A DNA stretch of 63,166 nucleotides, the filler included, from Rhabdomonas costata (Eukaryota): NCBI GenBank assembly GCA_019059605.1. It is 39 parts of 39 records of this genome, joined end to end, with 100 filler letters (N's around TTAATTAATTAA, not from the genome) between each part and the next. Parts side by side here need not be neighbours in the genome. Positions count along the whole stretch, not along the records: positions 11,351 to 12,873 come from JAHMHO010013869.1; positions 12,974 to 14,495 come from JAHMHO010013870.1; positions 14,596 to 16,118 come from JAHMHO010013871.1; positions 16,219 to 17,741 come from JAHMHO010013872.1; positions 17,842 to 19,364 come from JAHMHO010013873.1; positions 19,465 to 20,987 come from JAHMHO010013874.1; positions 21,088 to 22,609 come from JAHMHO010013875.1; positions 22,710 to 24,232 come from JAHMHO010013876.1; 31 more parts are not named here. The stretch is one strand, 5' to 3'. The notes under the pieces were generated by a model, which saw only the letters and a program-made list of their open reading frames with translations, did no database searches and was not told the origin of the DNA. A program made the position numbers and the translations under genes. Positions 12,353-24,702 of this stretch are shown here, piece by piece. Within the stretch, counting starts at the first letter, position 1, and every line of letters starts with the position of its first letter.

Positions 12353-13196
12353 CTGAAGAAGTCAAGAGCATAATGTTACCAAAGGATCAGAAAAGAACCA
12401 AAGAGTATCTCACAAAAATATCCATCATCATCCTCAATGATTACACCAGACACCAGGCAAAGGTGAGCAATAGCAATAGAAATTCGGGATAACCCCATCG
12501 CTTCACTTCGTAACTGTCTGCAAAAACGAAGAAATATGAAGGAAAAAAACATGGGGCAAGGGTGAGAAATGGAGAAGAAAAATTCACTTCCGAGATGATC
12601 CCGATAACCAACAAAAAGCCTGGTTGTCCCAGCACCTCGTGCACCCTTCCTCCTCCATGATCCTTGGTGTGCCCTAATTTTGTGTCTGTGTGCCCGACTG
12701 TTGCGACGCAGTGCCGCTATCAACCCAACACTTCACTCTGTAAAAATCTACAAAACAAATTGAATACACACCACAACAACCAATCATATAGCCTTCAGTA
12801 CAAGGGTCCACTGAGATGCCGGTACAGCAGCACTTGAAGTGAAAATTGAAATTTTGAATGAAGAAAAACAACANNNNNNNNNNNNNNNNNNNNNNNNNNN
12901 NNNNNNNNNNNNNNNNNTTAATTAATTAANNNNNNNNNNNNNNNNNNNNNNNNNNNNNNNNNNNNNNNNNNNNGGGGGGTGGGGGGGATAGGCGAAGGAG
13001 AGCAAAGGATGGGAAAGCAAGGGAAGTACGTAGTTTGTACACGATTATAAATACCTTTCGGCGTTGGGCTTTCACGGGTGTATGAGGGAGGGACGTGTGA
13101 TGGGAAAGAACGATGCATCCCCTGAAACCCGTACTTAGACTTTAGATTCAGACTTAGATGCCAAACATGCCCAAACACTGTTCCCTGCACTACGAT

Positions 13197-14264
13197 TCAA
13201 TTCATCTGGAACAGCCGGCTGGGTGAACTGATTTTTCCGACACTGCTATCACGCATGCTTCGAGACGGGTGGAAATCCCCTCGTAACTTGGGTGTTCGTG
13301 CTTGGGTAACTTGGGTGCGCACTCGTTTTGTTCTGGGAGCAGTGAAAACCCCATTCCAGTCCCTAATCATCCAGTACGCACACCAAGCTTCGGGGTTTTC
13401 CTGCGGCACCAGCCACAGCTTTCCAGCCTTCTTCTTCGCAAAGTAGGGGATTCCCGGTATTTCTGAGGATTTCTCCTCGGTGCTCTGCTCCCAGGAGTCA
13501 AGGAAGTCAACGACAGCATCCCCTTTCTCTTCGGGGGCCAAAAACTTGACCTCCGGGAAGCGTCCCTCGCTGCAGTACACCCACCGCGAACGCCGAAACT
13601 GCGAGCTGCCCTGGATAGTCGCAGTGCGGCTGGACGCGGTGAACTCGTACCATGTCAATACCGCGTCTTCGACAAAGTGGTTGGGGTCATAGTTCTGGAA
13701 TCCCGGAAAGATCCAGGACACCACCCGTGTGCACTGCTTGGGCTCCTTTTCAAAGTGCGGTGTAGGGGGGAGGTTTTCCAGGGCCCACATCAGCAGCACA
13801 ACCGCGTCAAGGCACTTTTCCAGCGCGGGGCTCAGGCGCTTCTCCCGGAGGGCAGAGTTGATAACGAAGTACGGAGCAATGAACGGCGACTTGTCCTCCT
13901 CCCCACTGGTCCACCACCGGCACGCCGCGACCGCCAGGACAGGCGCGGGACCGTACTTGGAGTACTGATTGGCGGCGAAGGAGAAGCTTTCTCGGGCCCA
14001 TCTCAGGGCACGACACTTCTCACTTTCAATCTGCTCCGCAGCCTGCATGAGGGGGTTGTCGCTGTCCATGATTCCGCGGTGCATCCACAACTGGCCCCGT
14101 AGCTCGACCTCCCAACCAAGGTGCTCCAGCTTTGCAGGAACGAAAAGTTCAGCGCGCTCGCTGCCCTCCGGACGACCTGCAGCGGCGGGAGGTTTTCGCA
14201 TCCGTTTCTCGCCATCCATATGCAGTCCACAGCCGTTCGAACAGCTGCGGAGCCCAAGCGGCAT
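13197..14264 (-). CDS. Putative mono-ADP-ribosyltransferase (ARTC/R-S-E-like) domain protein
   Basis: Long intron-free frame with WT..YFVINSALRE..LLMWALENLP..CTRVV..LTWYEFTASS, the order typical of eukaryotic ART domains (Y..LN.ALR / AL..LP / R / W..F.S.S). The ExE motif is not seen and the 3' end is uncertain. Confidence 0.55.
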   Translation of the reverse strand: MPLGLRSCSNGCGLHMDGEKRMRKPPAAAGRPEGSERAELFVPAKLEHLGWEVELRGQLWMHRGIMDSDNPLMQAAEQIESEKCRALRWARESFSFAANQYSKYGPAPVLAVAACRWWTSGEEDKSPFIAPYFVINSALREKRLSPALEKCLDAVVLLMWALENLPPTPHFEKEPKQCTRVVSWIFPGFQNYDPNHFVEDAVLTWYEFTASSRTATIQGSSQFRRSRWVYCSEGRFPEVKFLAPEEKGDAVVDFLDSWEQSTEEKSSEIPGIPYFAKKKAGKLWLVPQENPEAWCAYWMIRDWNGVFTAPRTKRVRTQVTQARTPKLRGDFHPSRSMRDSSVGKISSPSRLFQMN

Positions 14265-17200
14265 TCTTTGCGGCTTTACACACATCCAAACACAGTACAG
14301 GCGCGCAAAAAGGAAGTACATAGATGGGTTATGGGTGCCTTTTCCGGATGAAACCGGTCCTCACAGATGCATGTGTTCAAACTATTCATGGTATTGCGCC
14401 GACGATGTATGCGGTTTTCGGCCTTTCTTTTGACTCTCACTCTCGGCACGACAGCAATGGCAAGAAAAGCGCTCGCTGCGCATCATGGCAGTGTGNNNNN
14501 NNNNNNNNNNNNNNNNNNNNNNNNNNNNNNNNNNNNNNNTTAATTAATTAANNNNNNNNNNNNNNNNNNNNNNNNNNNNNNNNNNNNNNNNNNNNGTTTT
14601 TGGGTATTAGCTTTTCTTAACTTTCCTCTTCTTACCTTTGCTTTGTACTCACCGACATCATCAGGATTTTGATCGTTCGTTGTTAGTTGCATTTTGCTGC
14701 AAAACAGGGCAGCAAAAGTGCAACATATGGTGGTTTTAAAAGGCCTGTGTTGGCCCCATAACCATTCCTTGGCCTGAATATCTTCTGGGTTTAAGGGAAA
14801 GCGTTTGCATGCGGGGCTGCTGACTGTGGTGTCGGCCAGAAAGTGGGAGGCAGAAGGCTTCGCTTTCGGCCTACTCAGCCAATTTCAGCAAACTCCATTG
14901 TCAACCACTCTTTTCCCGTGCTTTCTCCCCTGCCGTTCATGCAGCTTGTGCAGCTTGGCGTGAACTGAGGACCTTTCAACGCTTCACAAATGAGCGCCAA
15001 AAATGGTGCGAGTGACGTTACGTCGCACCGGTTAGTGTTGGGTCCAGAAGGGGCCAAGCCCCAGCGGCAACGGCGGCCAGCAGGGCATCCAGGCCTACCA
15101 GAAACCGCAGCGAGAGGGTGCCGTCGTACAGATGTTTGAATAGTACCCCGAAGACGATCACTGGGCATCAAAGAAAAGAGCCTGTGGGTCATTAACACTT
15201 CTCGTCTACACCTCAGCAAGTTACACGCTGCACCCCAAAAAGGCCAAAAAGCGCACACCCAAAATCCTCGTTCCCCAAGCCAATGTTGAAAATGGATTGT
15301 CATCATTCAACATTGATTTTATACGAGGGGACCTGTTCACGGAATTGTGAAAATCGTTGATGGAAATGACTTCTGCCGAGATACAAGCCGGGTCAAAGAA
15401 GAAAGAAAGAACCTGTGCATCAAAGCCACTCAGCAGTGGGTCCGGTGCATTTATTTGTTCAACCGATGTTAATCAGTTTAATACTCCCCCTCCCCCAAAA
15501 ATGCATCGGACCACTCAGCAGGTACAATTGCACTGGTGGGTGGGTAAAAACAGCTCGCTATTACCTTACAAAGCACGACAAAATCAAAGCCACACCAAAC
15601 AATCACAGTAACAACGCACACCACACCAAGGCAGAGCTGCTGCGTGATCACTGCGGTCTCACGTACGCAGCTCCAGTATTCAAAAACCTCGACGTTGGCT
15701 GAAAACCACAGGAGGATTTGACAAATTCGCAAACGCAACCCACCCAGATCCGCACCAGCGACTGAGAATTAATGATTGACCACACCGGAATAAGGAGACG
15801 GAACAGATATATCTCACAGTCGCAATCAATGGGTCTGCTCTCGTAATCCAACTCTGAAGGATGCCGAGGAACGTCTTTGTGAAAAACCATGAGATGCCAA
15901 CAACAACTCGTGAACAGATAAAAACATTGTTTACCGAAGTGTGCATGGAGAACTTTCCTGACACGGCCGATGGTCCTTCGTCTTGGCTGAGCCTCGCATT
16001 GGACAAAACTGCTCCACTGCGACAAATCCAGTACTCACAACGGAGCCGAGCCTCGTGAAGCCAGATTTGTTCATTTACCCGTCTGCATACACCAAAAGCA
16101 AAAAGCAAATCTAGTCGGNNNNNNNNNNNNNNNNNNNNNNNNNNNNNNNNNNNNNNNNNNNNTTAATTAATTAANNNNNNNNNNNNNNNNNNNNNNNNNN
16201 NNNNNNNNNNNNNNNNNNTGTGTGGGGGGAATACACAGCAGAGAAGGCTTTGTTGGGAAGGCACGACAATTGGGTTGAAGGTTTGGAGCCAAAGGAACTG
16301 AGCTATTCAAGCGGATTTTAAACAAACAAAGCAACTGTGCCCCCCCTCTGCCAAAACTTTCTGGCACTCCTTGCTCGAGGGCTCTTTTTGAACCTAAGGC
16401 ATAGTCCTTTCCCCATGAAATTCCTACTTGCACCATGACCGCACCTTGCTCGATTGTAAAGTCCCCAGCAGGCGCCCAAACAGAGTCAAATGCTCAAAAT
16501 CAGCCAAATTAGTCAAAAATAGCCCCAAATAGGCAAAATGCTTGCTCATAAAATAGCATCTGTGTTGTCAAAGTTGTCCCCCTATCCCCCGAAAAGTCAA
16601 TGTTGAGATAGGTCTACGGTATGTGCGTAGTTATTGTCCCAACATTAACCCACGAGACCCAACAGGGGACAAAGGGGCATAATTACTTCCCTTTTCGAAT
16701 CTTTGTATTTCGTGCTTTGTCAACTGCAGAAATAGGACTGATGCACAAAGTGGAAGGAAAGCAAAGAGCGCAAGAATACATGACGCATTTCAGGTAATGC
16801 GGAGCATCAACGTAGGTGAAGTGCTCGCACGCCAAGAACACAGCGGGCGCCTTGCTGCTACTGCTGCTGCTGCTGTTGTTAGATGCACCACTGATTGACA
16901 TTTGAGGAAAGCTTGAGGAGGCCGATCACCTTCCTCAGCTTCGCGAGACACAAGAAATAAAATGTAAAAGACAAAAAGAATGAAAGGCAGGCAATCACAA
17001 CGGAAAGGCGCAACAATTAACACTGCAGAACAAGAAGAGCATGCCAAGTGCAAGCCATTGGTAGTGCGGCGCTACAGACGGAAAAGCTGGCGAACACATG
17101 GTACACTGCTTATCATTACCCTACCAGACAGCTGACGGTGCGGATAGACCTTTCTCGGGAGGAAGATAAACCCAATTAAGCGGTGTGTTGTGACTACCAC

Positions 17201-18157
17201 TGGTAACGCTGTGATATTTTTAAAGAGCTATGCCGCAATTCCTTTCTCGGAAGACTGAAGGGTCAATTGGAGGTAACCCACCCCTTCAGCAGCGGCAAGC
17301 CAAGTGCGCGGTGAACGGGGAGAGGAGGGGGAGGGGGAAGAGAGAGAAGCAGACGGAAGAGAAACAACAAAGCCCCAAACAACAGAAAAGAGAACAGAGA
17401 GAAGTCATGCAGTCAACTGGCAATGGAAGAGAAAGAGAGACATTCTAACCGCAAAAGGAAAGACAAAACAAAACAACATATCGAACTCCCTTAGCTCCTG
17501 CGTTCTCAAAAAAAAAAGAGAGAGAGACAGGACGCAAACCTCCCCCCACACACGCAAACACAGCACGGCTCTGGAGAAACCCACTCTCCAGTTCGCAATC
17601 CAAAAACACCACTCTCATCGCAGTGGAATGGAATCCCTCACACGCTGCACTCCGATTTTCCTCTGCACGTGCACACGTACCGCGCTGCCCTTTTGTTTGC
17701 AAGGTCACAAATTGCCACCCACACACACACACACACACAACNNNNNNNNNNNNNNNNNNNNNNNNNNNNNNNNNNNNNNNNNNNNTTAATTAATTAANNN
17801 NNNNNNNNNNNNNNNNNNNNNNNNNNNNNNNNNNNNNNNNNTGTGTTAAGTGTGTTTGGGGTTGTTTGGAGAGAAAACTCCAGAATTTTATAACAGATAG
17901 TCATTTCTCGTCTTCTAGGGGCTCTCCATGAGATTACGAGGGTCTGTTCTATTCTGTGAAAGCTGACGCACAACATTCCGAACCGAAAAATGACTATCTG
18001 TTATAAAATTCTGGAGTTTTCTCTCCAGCTTCCCAAACGCACCCCACAATCCCTCCTTTCGCAGAGTTTCAGGTCCGTTGTCTTATGGTACTTCTTTTTG
18101 GGCGCTGGGACAATGAAGATCAAAGAGGAAGGGAGCTTTGCCGTTCCATTCTTACAG

Positions 18158-19348
18158 CGAAAATGGGAGAGTTCTGCACGTCGCCACACCTTCGGCAGCC
18201 CTTTCAGCGACTTCGATTTCTTGTCCTGGACGAGGTCACTCATCCATCCCCCCTTCCACTCAAACCATCCATTCACCAGGCTGTCACCAGGCTCCTCCCT
18301 GTCTTGTTTGAGATGACACTTTTATCTGTGTGGTTGCCCCCTACTGCAAATATGCCCGATCGTTTGTTGGGAGGGGGCATTGGTAATGCTTGACTTGCCT
18401 TTCATCGTTTGTTAGGCAAGAGCTGTGTCTGAAAAAGTGATAGGCTAGCCCGTCGCATGAGAAAATCTGAGGAACTGTTGACTGCAGGTCGTCATCGGTT
18501 GCCACCGCACCTCAACCCCTTCCACCACCCCCCAATTCGATCCCTTCTGCACCCGCCGCACTGCCGCCATGTTTGTGCTGGATATACCGCTCCCTCACTC
18601 CAATTCTTAGTGATGCAGGGCACATGGACTTTATCGCAGGCTGACCGTCTTTTTGATGAGGACGAGGAACACCTGCGGCTTGTGATGAAGCACGTGTACA
18701 ACTCCACTCAGCAGCTTCTGCTCTTTTCCGCGACCTTAAATTCGGTTCTGCTCCAGGTGTGCCGGGTTGTGGTGGCCGCTATTCAGTTTTCAAACCGATT
18801 CCTTGTTTCACTGGTATCATAGTACCTGTCGTCAGCAGTTGTAAATGATCGTCCTTGAGGCGATTTTTTTCTTTTCTGTAACCCCTGCGAGAAAAAACAG
18901 TAGAACACCACACCACGTCAACACAACTGTGTCAACAGCGATCCAGAAGCGCCTGGTACGACTGCCAAACCGACCCTTGGCCCTTGCTCCCACTCCCACT
19001 CCCCTACGAACGAACGAACGAACTCCGTTGCTGAGCATTCTCAATACCCCAAGAGATACTCTCACGAGTGCTTTTTTTTTACGCGGTTGGCAGCTCCACC
19101 CTGCTGGTGCCATAAGACCTGTGTGATACGAGGTGGTTGATCCCTGTATCTTTGCAAGGCATGATCTACCCTCCCCACAATGCCCTCAGATTACGGAGGA
19201 GGGCATCCCGATTCGGGCCTTGCGGAGACTCGCTGGGGAAGTCCCGTTTGTCTCCTGCAACGCCTTCGCCTCCGACTCGGGGGATCGTCTGATCACCCCG
19301 GAGAAGCTCAAGCACACCTATGTCTGGATCCCAAGCACGGTGAAGGAG
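18158..19348 (+). CDS. DEAD-box RNA helicase, DDX49/Dbp8-like, internal exons
   Basis: Exon 18158-18234 ends LRFLVLDE; exon 18640-18756 ADRLF..LLFSAT (motifs II and III); exon 19190-19348 ..TPEKLKHTYVWIPSTVKE. GT-AG borders. Confidence 0.85.
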
Positions 19349-19706
19349 GTTGGCAAAAACCACCNNNNNNNNNNNNNNNNNNNNNNNNNNNNNNNNNNNN
19401 NNNNNNNNTTAATTAATTAANNNNNNNNNNNNNNNNNNNNNNNNNNNNNNNNNNNNNNNNNNNNACAAGAGAGAAATGAAAAGCCGGAAGGTGGTAAGGG
19501 AGACGTATTCAGAGCGCAAAAACAAAACTGCGGGGAAGCCCTCCTGGAGGGCAAAGAGTGGTAAGGGGTCTTTTGTTCCTTACGTCACAGAGGAAGAATG
19601 GAAGGAAGCGAGGAAGCGGTGTAGCACTAGCGGAGTGGGAGTTCAGACGTTTTCCGGGGATCGCATCTGCTTTTATGGATGTGCGTGTGCTGTCCCCTTC
19701 CCAAAG

Positions 19707-19782
19707 GGTGAACCTGGAGCTGCTCCAGCGCAACATTCGCTTCGTGGCCGAAGTCCTCTTCCGGCACCTACACGGCCTGAAG
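19707..19782 (+). CDS. Nicalin-like exon
   Basis: VNLELLQRNIRFVAEVLFRHLHGLK resembles the nicalin L.RN.+.+AE.L.R.+Y.L segment; AAG acceptor and apparent GC donor. Confidence 0.55.
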
Positions 19783-21087
19783 GCACACGCGCGCGCGCAC
19801 ACACACACATACACACATTTTCCCCGTGCAAAACGAATCTATAACCTCGAGACAGCAGTTGGTCAGGTCACCAGGGAATCGTTCATGTCATGCCACTTGT
19901 GCGAAGAACACTTCCTTCTGTTGTGATTCACAGCAGAGGGTTTGAGGAAAACCGTCCCTAGTCGTTGCGCACCCCTTCATTCGTACCAAGATGACGGGAT
20001 CGATGAGTATTGCCCAACGTCTACAAAGAGGTTCACGGCACAGCGTCACCACTGTTCAGTGAAAGGTCCACACAAAACACTTGGAACAAGCAAGAGGTGA
20101 AAAGCCGGAAGGTGGTACAGGAAACGTGTGCAGGGAGAAACACAGTTGAATACTCTGCCTTGGTACCACTCCTGATTATTTGAAGGAAACGCCTTGGGTT
20201 AGGGGCTCAATCAAACATTGTTTTATCCAGATTAGAAACACGGTAACCACAACAAAGTGCTCAACTTGCAATGGTCCACCAGACAGAGAGCCAGAAACAG
20301 AGAGGGGGAGGTTGTGTTCAAAAAGAAAAAGGGCAAGGAAGCTGGTGTGTGCGTAGAATGCTTGATGAAGCTTCAGTGGGGAATCGTGTGATGTGTGGCG
20401 GGTGAACCTGGGCTGTGTGGATGTTGGGGAAAACAACAACCACTGGTATTGACGGTGCCGGTCTGTTGGCACTAATGCACACGGTCGTCCAGCCAAAATA
20501 TCGCTCTTTCGTCTGCTGACCCCTTCGGGCATCTCGAGGCTCTCTCGGCTTCTCGCTCTCTCTCTCTCACTCTCGCACATAACCCCCCACCTCAAACCTC
20601 AGCCCCAGTGCATCCATGATCCCGTCACCCCGCACCTCGCGCATCCAGAGCCCGACCCATCCTCCGATTTCAGATGCGAAGCATCCACAAAAAGTTGACC
20701 CGACGAAGAGCGTACAAGGCAGGCGGAGATGGTGCTTTGCTGATGATGACCCAACCACTCCGCCAGGGTCGAAACGCCAGGCACCCCAGTAAGACATCAA
20801 AAGATCCTTCAGCTGCTAAACCCAGAGTTCACCCCTGTGACGGGGGGAGGTGACCGACGATTGAGAGTTTCACCGACGGAGCGGTGGCGTCTAAACAACT
20901 CTCGGAGTCATCCCTTTTCCTGAAACCACCGTCAGCAGTAAGTTTACAAAAGAACAAGAAGTGTCAGAACCCCACGCACAGACTCAANNNNNNNNNNNNN
21001 NNNNNNNNNNNNNNNNNNNNNNNNNNNNNNNTTAATTAATTAANNNNNNNNNNNNNNNNNNNNNNNNNNNNNNNNNNNNNNNNNNNN

Positions 21088-21977
21088 GGGTGTGGGGGAC
21101 ACCCCGCGGCATGCAAAGAAGCGCCGGGTCCGATTCGGTCGGACGGTGGAGCTGGGCCTGGTCGACAGCACTACGGTGGTGCCATCGGGGGGCAACTCGT
21201 GGAAGAGGTCTGCTGCTTCTGTTTTTTTTTTGGAAGGGGAGGGGGGAATTAGAAGGACAGTATCGATCTTTTTTTTTTTCGAGAAGTAAGCCTGTGGTCC
21301 AATTCATCACAGTGATCGCGGTCGGTGATCGCGGCCGCCCACGGAAATTCAACCCGCTTTTTCATACTAGTAGTGCTTGCTTGCTTGCTTGCATGCTTGT
21401 ATGTTTTGACTGAGTGGCCCACTCGGTGTAAGAGAGGAGAGGTTGAGCCATGGGGAAAGGGCTTGTGTTTTGCGTATCGTTCTGCTCCAATGCAGTTACT
21501 TAAGCTGTAGCAGGCACCAGCAACTGTGTGTGTCTTCTGCTGCTGAATGCCCGACAAAGACAGGCAGGTTTTTTTTTTGCTTTTTTTATGGGTTAAGTTA
21601 AAAACCTTTAGCTCAGTGCATTCTTGATGCACTCTTTTGCAGAGTGCTCAATGATCGGTTGCCTTCCTTTCTGGTCTCATTGTCTGTTATCATGACAGGA
21701 AGTTTTCTTTTGCATCCTTTTGCAGTGCGTTCAGTGGTTGGATTTTTTGCTTGCTTGCTCTCAGTCTCTATTCTCTTTCCCAAGGAGGCTTCGCGCGGCC
21801 TTCTCCGCTCGAATTCGACCCGCTACAAAGGCACCCTTGGAGACCCTGGCCCCCGCGCAGCCGCAAAAGCCCCGGGCTATGGGACTGCTTAAGCAGCTTT
21901 TGCTGTGCCGGGGCCTCCTGCAATCTCCAAAGCCGTGCGCAGACAAGGAGGCAGGAGTCCAACCCCCTGAAATGTAA
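21088..21977 (+). CDS. 3' exons of hypothetical protein with RVxF-type motif
   Basis: Exon to ~21206 contains KKRRVRF and joins in phase to a terminal exon ~21785-21977 ending at TAA. Confidence 0.4.
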
Positions 21978-22815
21978 CGACGTGTTGGGAAATGTCGCTG
22001 AGTTTGGGTTGGAGGGTTTTTGTGACTGAGACCACGAGAGAGAGGGAGATTGGGATAGTATCTTCACCAAGGATCAAGGATCGGGCTTTGATGACCTCCC
22101 GCGCACACCACTCTCATTTACATTCCTCACCCAAAGAGAGAGAGAGAGAGAGCGACTGCTGAGTCCCTCTTCACTTTGTTATCTTCCTTCGGTTTTTCCT
22201 ATCTTTTTGTGGTGCAAGCTTGGCGCTCACTGGCGCGGCCAACTGTGAGCGTTTGTGTACAAGCGTGCCCCTCCTCTGAGAAGGGGGCCTGACAATCCGC
22301 GAATCGAATAGCATGAGCATATTCCGTCTCTTGCTGGATGGGTGGTGAGACAGTTGAGAGCATGTCCTCTTACCCTCATTTTCGCTTTTAAGTAGTATTT
22401 TGGTTGTTTGTCAGCGCGGTGCTTTTCTCACATGTTATGTCACATTTTTCAACAACGTAGACACTGGAATTTATTTTCATTGCTCTTCTTCGGTAAGGTT
22501 TTTTCGGACCGCTGCACTTCCTCGTCCTTCGATGCGCCCTTCGATGAGCTCTTTCGATGCGCACAAGAATGCTGTGATGCAAATGATCCCCCCAAGCAGT
22601 GGTTTTTCCNNNNNNNNNNNNNNNNNNNNNNNNNNNNNNNNNNNNNNNNNNNNTTAATTAATTAANNNNNNNNNNNNNNNNNNNNNNNNNNNNNNNNNNN
22701 NNNNNNNNNCAGTCCCCAGTGGTCACCACCAACCGGTCAACCAGTCAACCAGGCAACAGCCAGCGCGCAATGCGCCCAACACACAGAGGAATATTTGGTT
22801 TGGGGATGAGGCCAT

Positions 22816-22923
22816 AGAGTTGCCTTCAGCCTGATGCCTAGTCGAGATCAGCGTGTTAGACCGTGGTATGGATTCGAGCCAATTTTGGTGCTTGACAGTA
22901 TTCGTACCAGTGTTACCCTTCAC
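22816..22923 (+). repeat. Dispersed ~110-nt element, copy B, upstream of a WD40 internal exon
   Basis: About 83% identical to 46636-46744 by manual alignment (17 mismatches and 1 indel over 109 columns). Confidence 0.9.
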
Positions 22924-23329
22924 ACCCAGCTCAGCGTATGTATCTGTGTGTGCCTGCACTTTGCCTTGTGGATTTCAGAGTCACAGGAAGGGTTATTATT
23001 AAGAGAGAGAATAGAGAATCAGAAAGCGCTTAATGGTACAGGTAAATACGCTCACTACTGTGTGCTTAAAGCGCGGCGGTGGAACCAGAATGTCAGGGAC
23101 TCGCTGGACTCGTTATGCTCCTTTTAAGTGAAGCACCAGAGTAGGCTCTGACTTTTCGGCCGATTGCAGACCTTTTCCTGTTGTGTTTTGACATTGTTTT
23201 TTATCTTCATTTTTTCACCAATATGAACTTCGCAAGGATCCCCCACACACGTGCCTTTTGTTTGCCGTCACCATAGCAGGTTTTGCGCTTGTGTATGTTT
23301 CTTTATGGGGAAACGCGCTTTCTTTTCAG

Positions 23330-24198
23330 ACGGGCCGCGTGGAGGGCTGGTTTGTCGCCCACGGGGCGCAGATCCACAGCCTGGTGCACTGCCCACCGGT
23401 GCCCACACAGACGTCCTCCTCTTCCTCGGGTGGTAGTGGGGATCTGGTGTGGTCTGCGAGCAGCGACTGGTCAGTCAAGCTCTGGGATGCCTTGGCATGC
23501 CCCCTCCTTTCTCCCTAACCTCTCCCCCTACCTGCATCCACACATGTTCTCCTGCTGGGCATTCAGTGAATCTTGAAGCACACACACTTCGTGTACAAGG
23601 CATGATTTTGGTGGAGGTCTTTTCTGCCTCCAGCGGGATTTTAAATGCTCTCTGGCTGCTTCTCGGGGGGTACGAATCACCCCTCTGCTGCTGGGCGGAG
23701 ATTCTTCAACCTCAATCGCGCATTAAACCGCGGTTCAAGGGTGCTCGAACCCTCCGCGCTCGCCCAGTCTGCTTACAGCTCTTGAAGCACACATGTTGAC
23801 ACATCAGTGAAGAGTGCTATTTTGGGCAACCCGAGAGAAGGCAGTGCAGCAACCTCTCCGGACGTGGTGAGACGGAAAAGAGGTCCGAGGGACAGCAGGA
23901 AGGTGTGAGCAATAAGCGGTAGTGTCAATACGAAAACATCACATCCACGGCAGTCAGCGGGATGTGCTCTCAGCACGCACGTACGGACCTCCTTTACCGC
24001 CTTCCGTGGAGTATGAGATGCTCTGAGACCCCTTTACTCTGTTTGTGTGTTTGTGTGCGGATGGATGGGTTTCAGAGTCAAAGGCTTCTGCGGAAGATTG
24101 TGGTGGCGAGCCACTGGATGCGAGTGGTGCTGCCCGTGCCCCCGCACCAGTGCTTGTGGACGGCATGCACCAACAAGGCAGTGTATTGCTGGAGGCGG
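23330..24198 (+). CDS. WD40-repeat protein, two exons separated by a GC-AG intron
   Basis: Exon 23330-23494 AHGAQIHSL..VWSASSDWSVKLWDAL joins in phase 0 to 24076-24198 SQRLLRKIVVASHWMRVV..LWTACTNKAVYCW. Confidence 0.8.
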
Positions 24199-24702
24199 GT
24201 GCGTCTGACTGTGTGTGTGTGGGGGGGGGGGGNNNNNNNNNNNNNNNNNNNNNNNNNNNNNNNNNNNNNNNNNNNNTTAATTAATTAANNNNNNNNNNNN
24301 NNNNNNNNNNNNNNNNNNNNNNNNNNNNNNNNGGGTTTGTTGCTTCGAGGTTAATGTTTTCTCATCTCGTGCTGTGGAAAAAAGTCCCCTTTCGTATTTT
24401 CCACAGCACGAGATGAGAAAACATTAACCTCGAAGTAACAAACGGTCATAGAGGTCTGGTGTGCGTGCAAACTACCCCAGGCCTGCTTCGGCTTTGCCCT
24501 CGACACAATGAATTTGGTGTTGGTTGTGACCATCAAGAGGAGAAGGCAACTACAGTACAACAAACGAGTTGTTCGGGCCAAGGAAGCAGCACCCACAATG
24601 TGGAAGCGCATGCCCCGCGCACTGTTCACGCTGAATAGAATGAAATGCGTTCACTTGCGCGCAGATTGGACAGTAATGAGCTGGCTTTTGTGCATACCTC
24701 AG

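Noticed and set aside
22834..22923. Peptide MPSRDQRVRPWYGFEP.. as the product of the ~110-nt repeat
   Set aside because: Copy C has an in-frame TGA and no ATG; copy A has indels.
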